Shown: one piece after another, positions 62,951 to 64,000 of the stretch
Layout: every line of letters begins with the position of its first letter
Numbering within the stretch: position 1 is the stretch's first letter
NCBI GenBank assembly: GCA_965153455.1
Contig: OZ234494.1
Coordinates: 2,852,001-2,916,000 of the forward strand
From: Sphagnum compactum
Lineage: Eukaryota
DNA length: 64,000 nucleotides
Direction of reading: 5' to 3'
The notes under the pieces: model-generated
The model's input: only the letters and a program-made list of their open reading frames with translations
What the model was told of the DNA's origin: nothing
Database searches by the model: none
Program-made: the position numbers and the translations under genes

Positions 62951-64000
62951 GAATTCAACTTCAACATGGTTCATAAATGAGAAAGTCATGAGCCCTCAAA
63001 TTGGCACAATTCATAACTTGGTAATTTTTGAGACTTGCACATGGGAGTCCATGGAAAATTTTGATATAACCACTATAGGGAATTACATAATAGTAGGGAA
63101 AAGAATGATGAATTCTCCCAAATCCACACCATGATGAACTTGCAAATTTGTGGTTTATTCATGTGTATTCATGCTCAAAAATGCATTCATTGTTATTTTC
63201 TCTGAATTTGTGCACTTTTATGTGACCATGAACTCAACATGAAAAACTCATCCTAATTTTATATTGTAATTCTAACACGGCTCTCTTGTTGTAATGTGTG
63301 GAGTTAGGGAACATGCCAAAGGTTTTCAAGTATTTTGCAACGCATCAAATATCAAAAAATTGCACCAATATCTTGTGCCATGCCTTTCACATAGAGCTCC
63401 AAGCATTCCATGCAATGTCAAAAAATATTAAATAGACAAATTTATTTAATGTTGAATGTTGTTCCTATAGGCTTGTGTTAAAAACAACAGGTGAAATTAT
63501 GTATGTGTAATGTTAATAGGTTAACATTTAGAATTAGGAAGTAAAATGATATCCATAGAAATATTAATGATGTAGTAATGTAATTAAATAATTGTTGTAC
63601 AACATAAGAAGGTAATTATTATGCATTTTTTTTCAAGTAACCATGTGTAAATGAAAATTGATGGGTTAGAAAAAATCATTATGAGTACCCAAGTACATCA
63701 TGGTATTGAGGTTAATGAGAGGAATAATGTTGCACATATAGGATTATCAAGTGATATTGGGGGTACAAAACCTATTGACTTTTGACTTTGTAATGGAAAG
63801 CAAACCTAGGGCATGTTCTTTAGTTCCTGCAAAGAAAATGGGCATGGGAGCTTCTAGATGGGGCCAAGATAAATTCAATTAAGTGAAATTAAAGATAAAT
63901 CAATTTACACAAACCAAAAAAAAGAACAATTAATGCAAATCAACACCAAAATTGGACATCAATTAAATCACAAGATACATGTTCACATGAATCATCATGT

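Overview
Eukaryotic land-plant nuclear DNA with spliced genes and AT-rich, transposon-littered intergenic tracts. The style looks bryophyte-like (e.g. Sphagnum), which is inference only. There are four host genes: (1) a kinesin-12 (POK/KIN12-type) on the - strand that runs off the left edge; (2) a plant organellar DNA polymerase (Pol I-like POP) on the - strand; (3) a large uncharacterised + strand gene with an N-terminal AMSH/USP8-type MIT-like domain, a long disordered region and a coiled coil, but no deubiquitinase domain; (4) an intronless BASS2 plastid Na+/pyruvate transporter on the - strand. The centre holds a ~8.7-kb composite Helitron (25451-34155). It carries scrambled, partly duplicated captured host exons and a GC-rich, intron-containing, disabled Rep-Helicase with 23-aa STPR-like repeats, followed by an internal inverted Helitron 5'-like end. 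Two complete non-autonomous Helitrons with the same 3' terminus lie at 60.6-62.1 kb. Also present are a decayed AT-rich Helitron helicase, CRE-like RLE non-LTR retroelement fragments, Gypsy remnants and a Tourist-like MITE. Exon boundaries and family assignments were read by eye; no database search was run.
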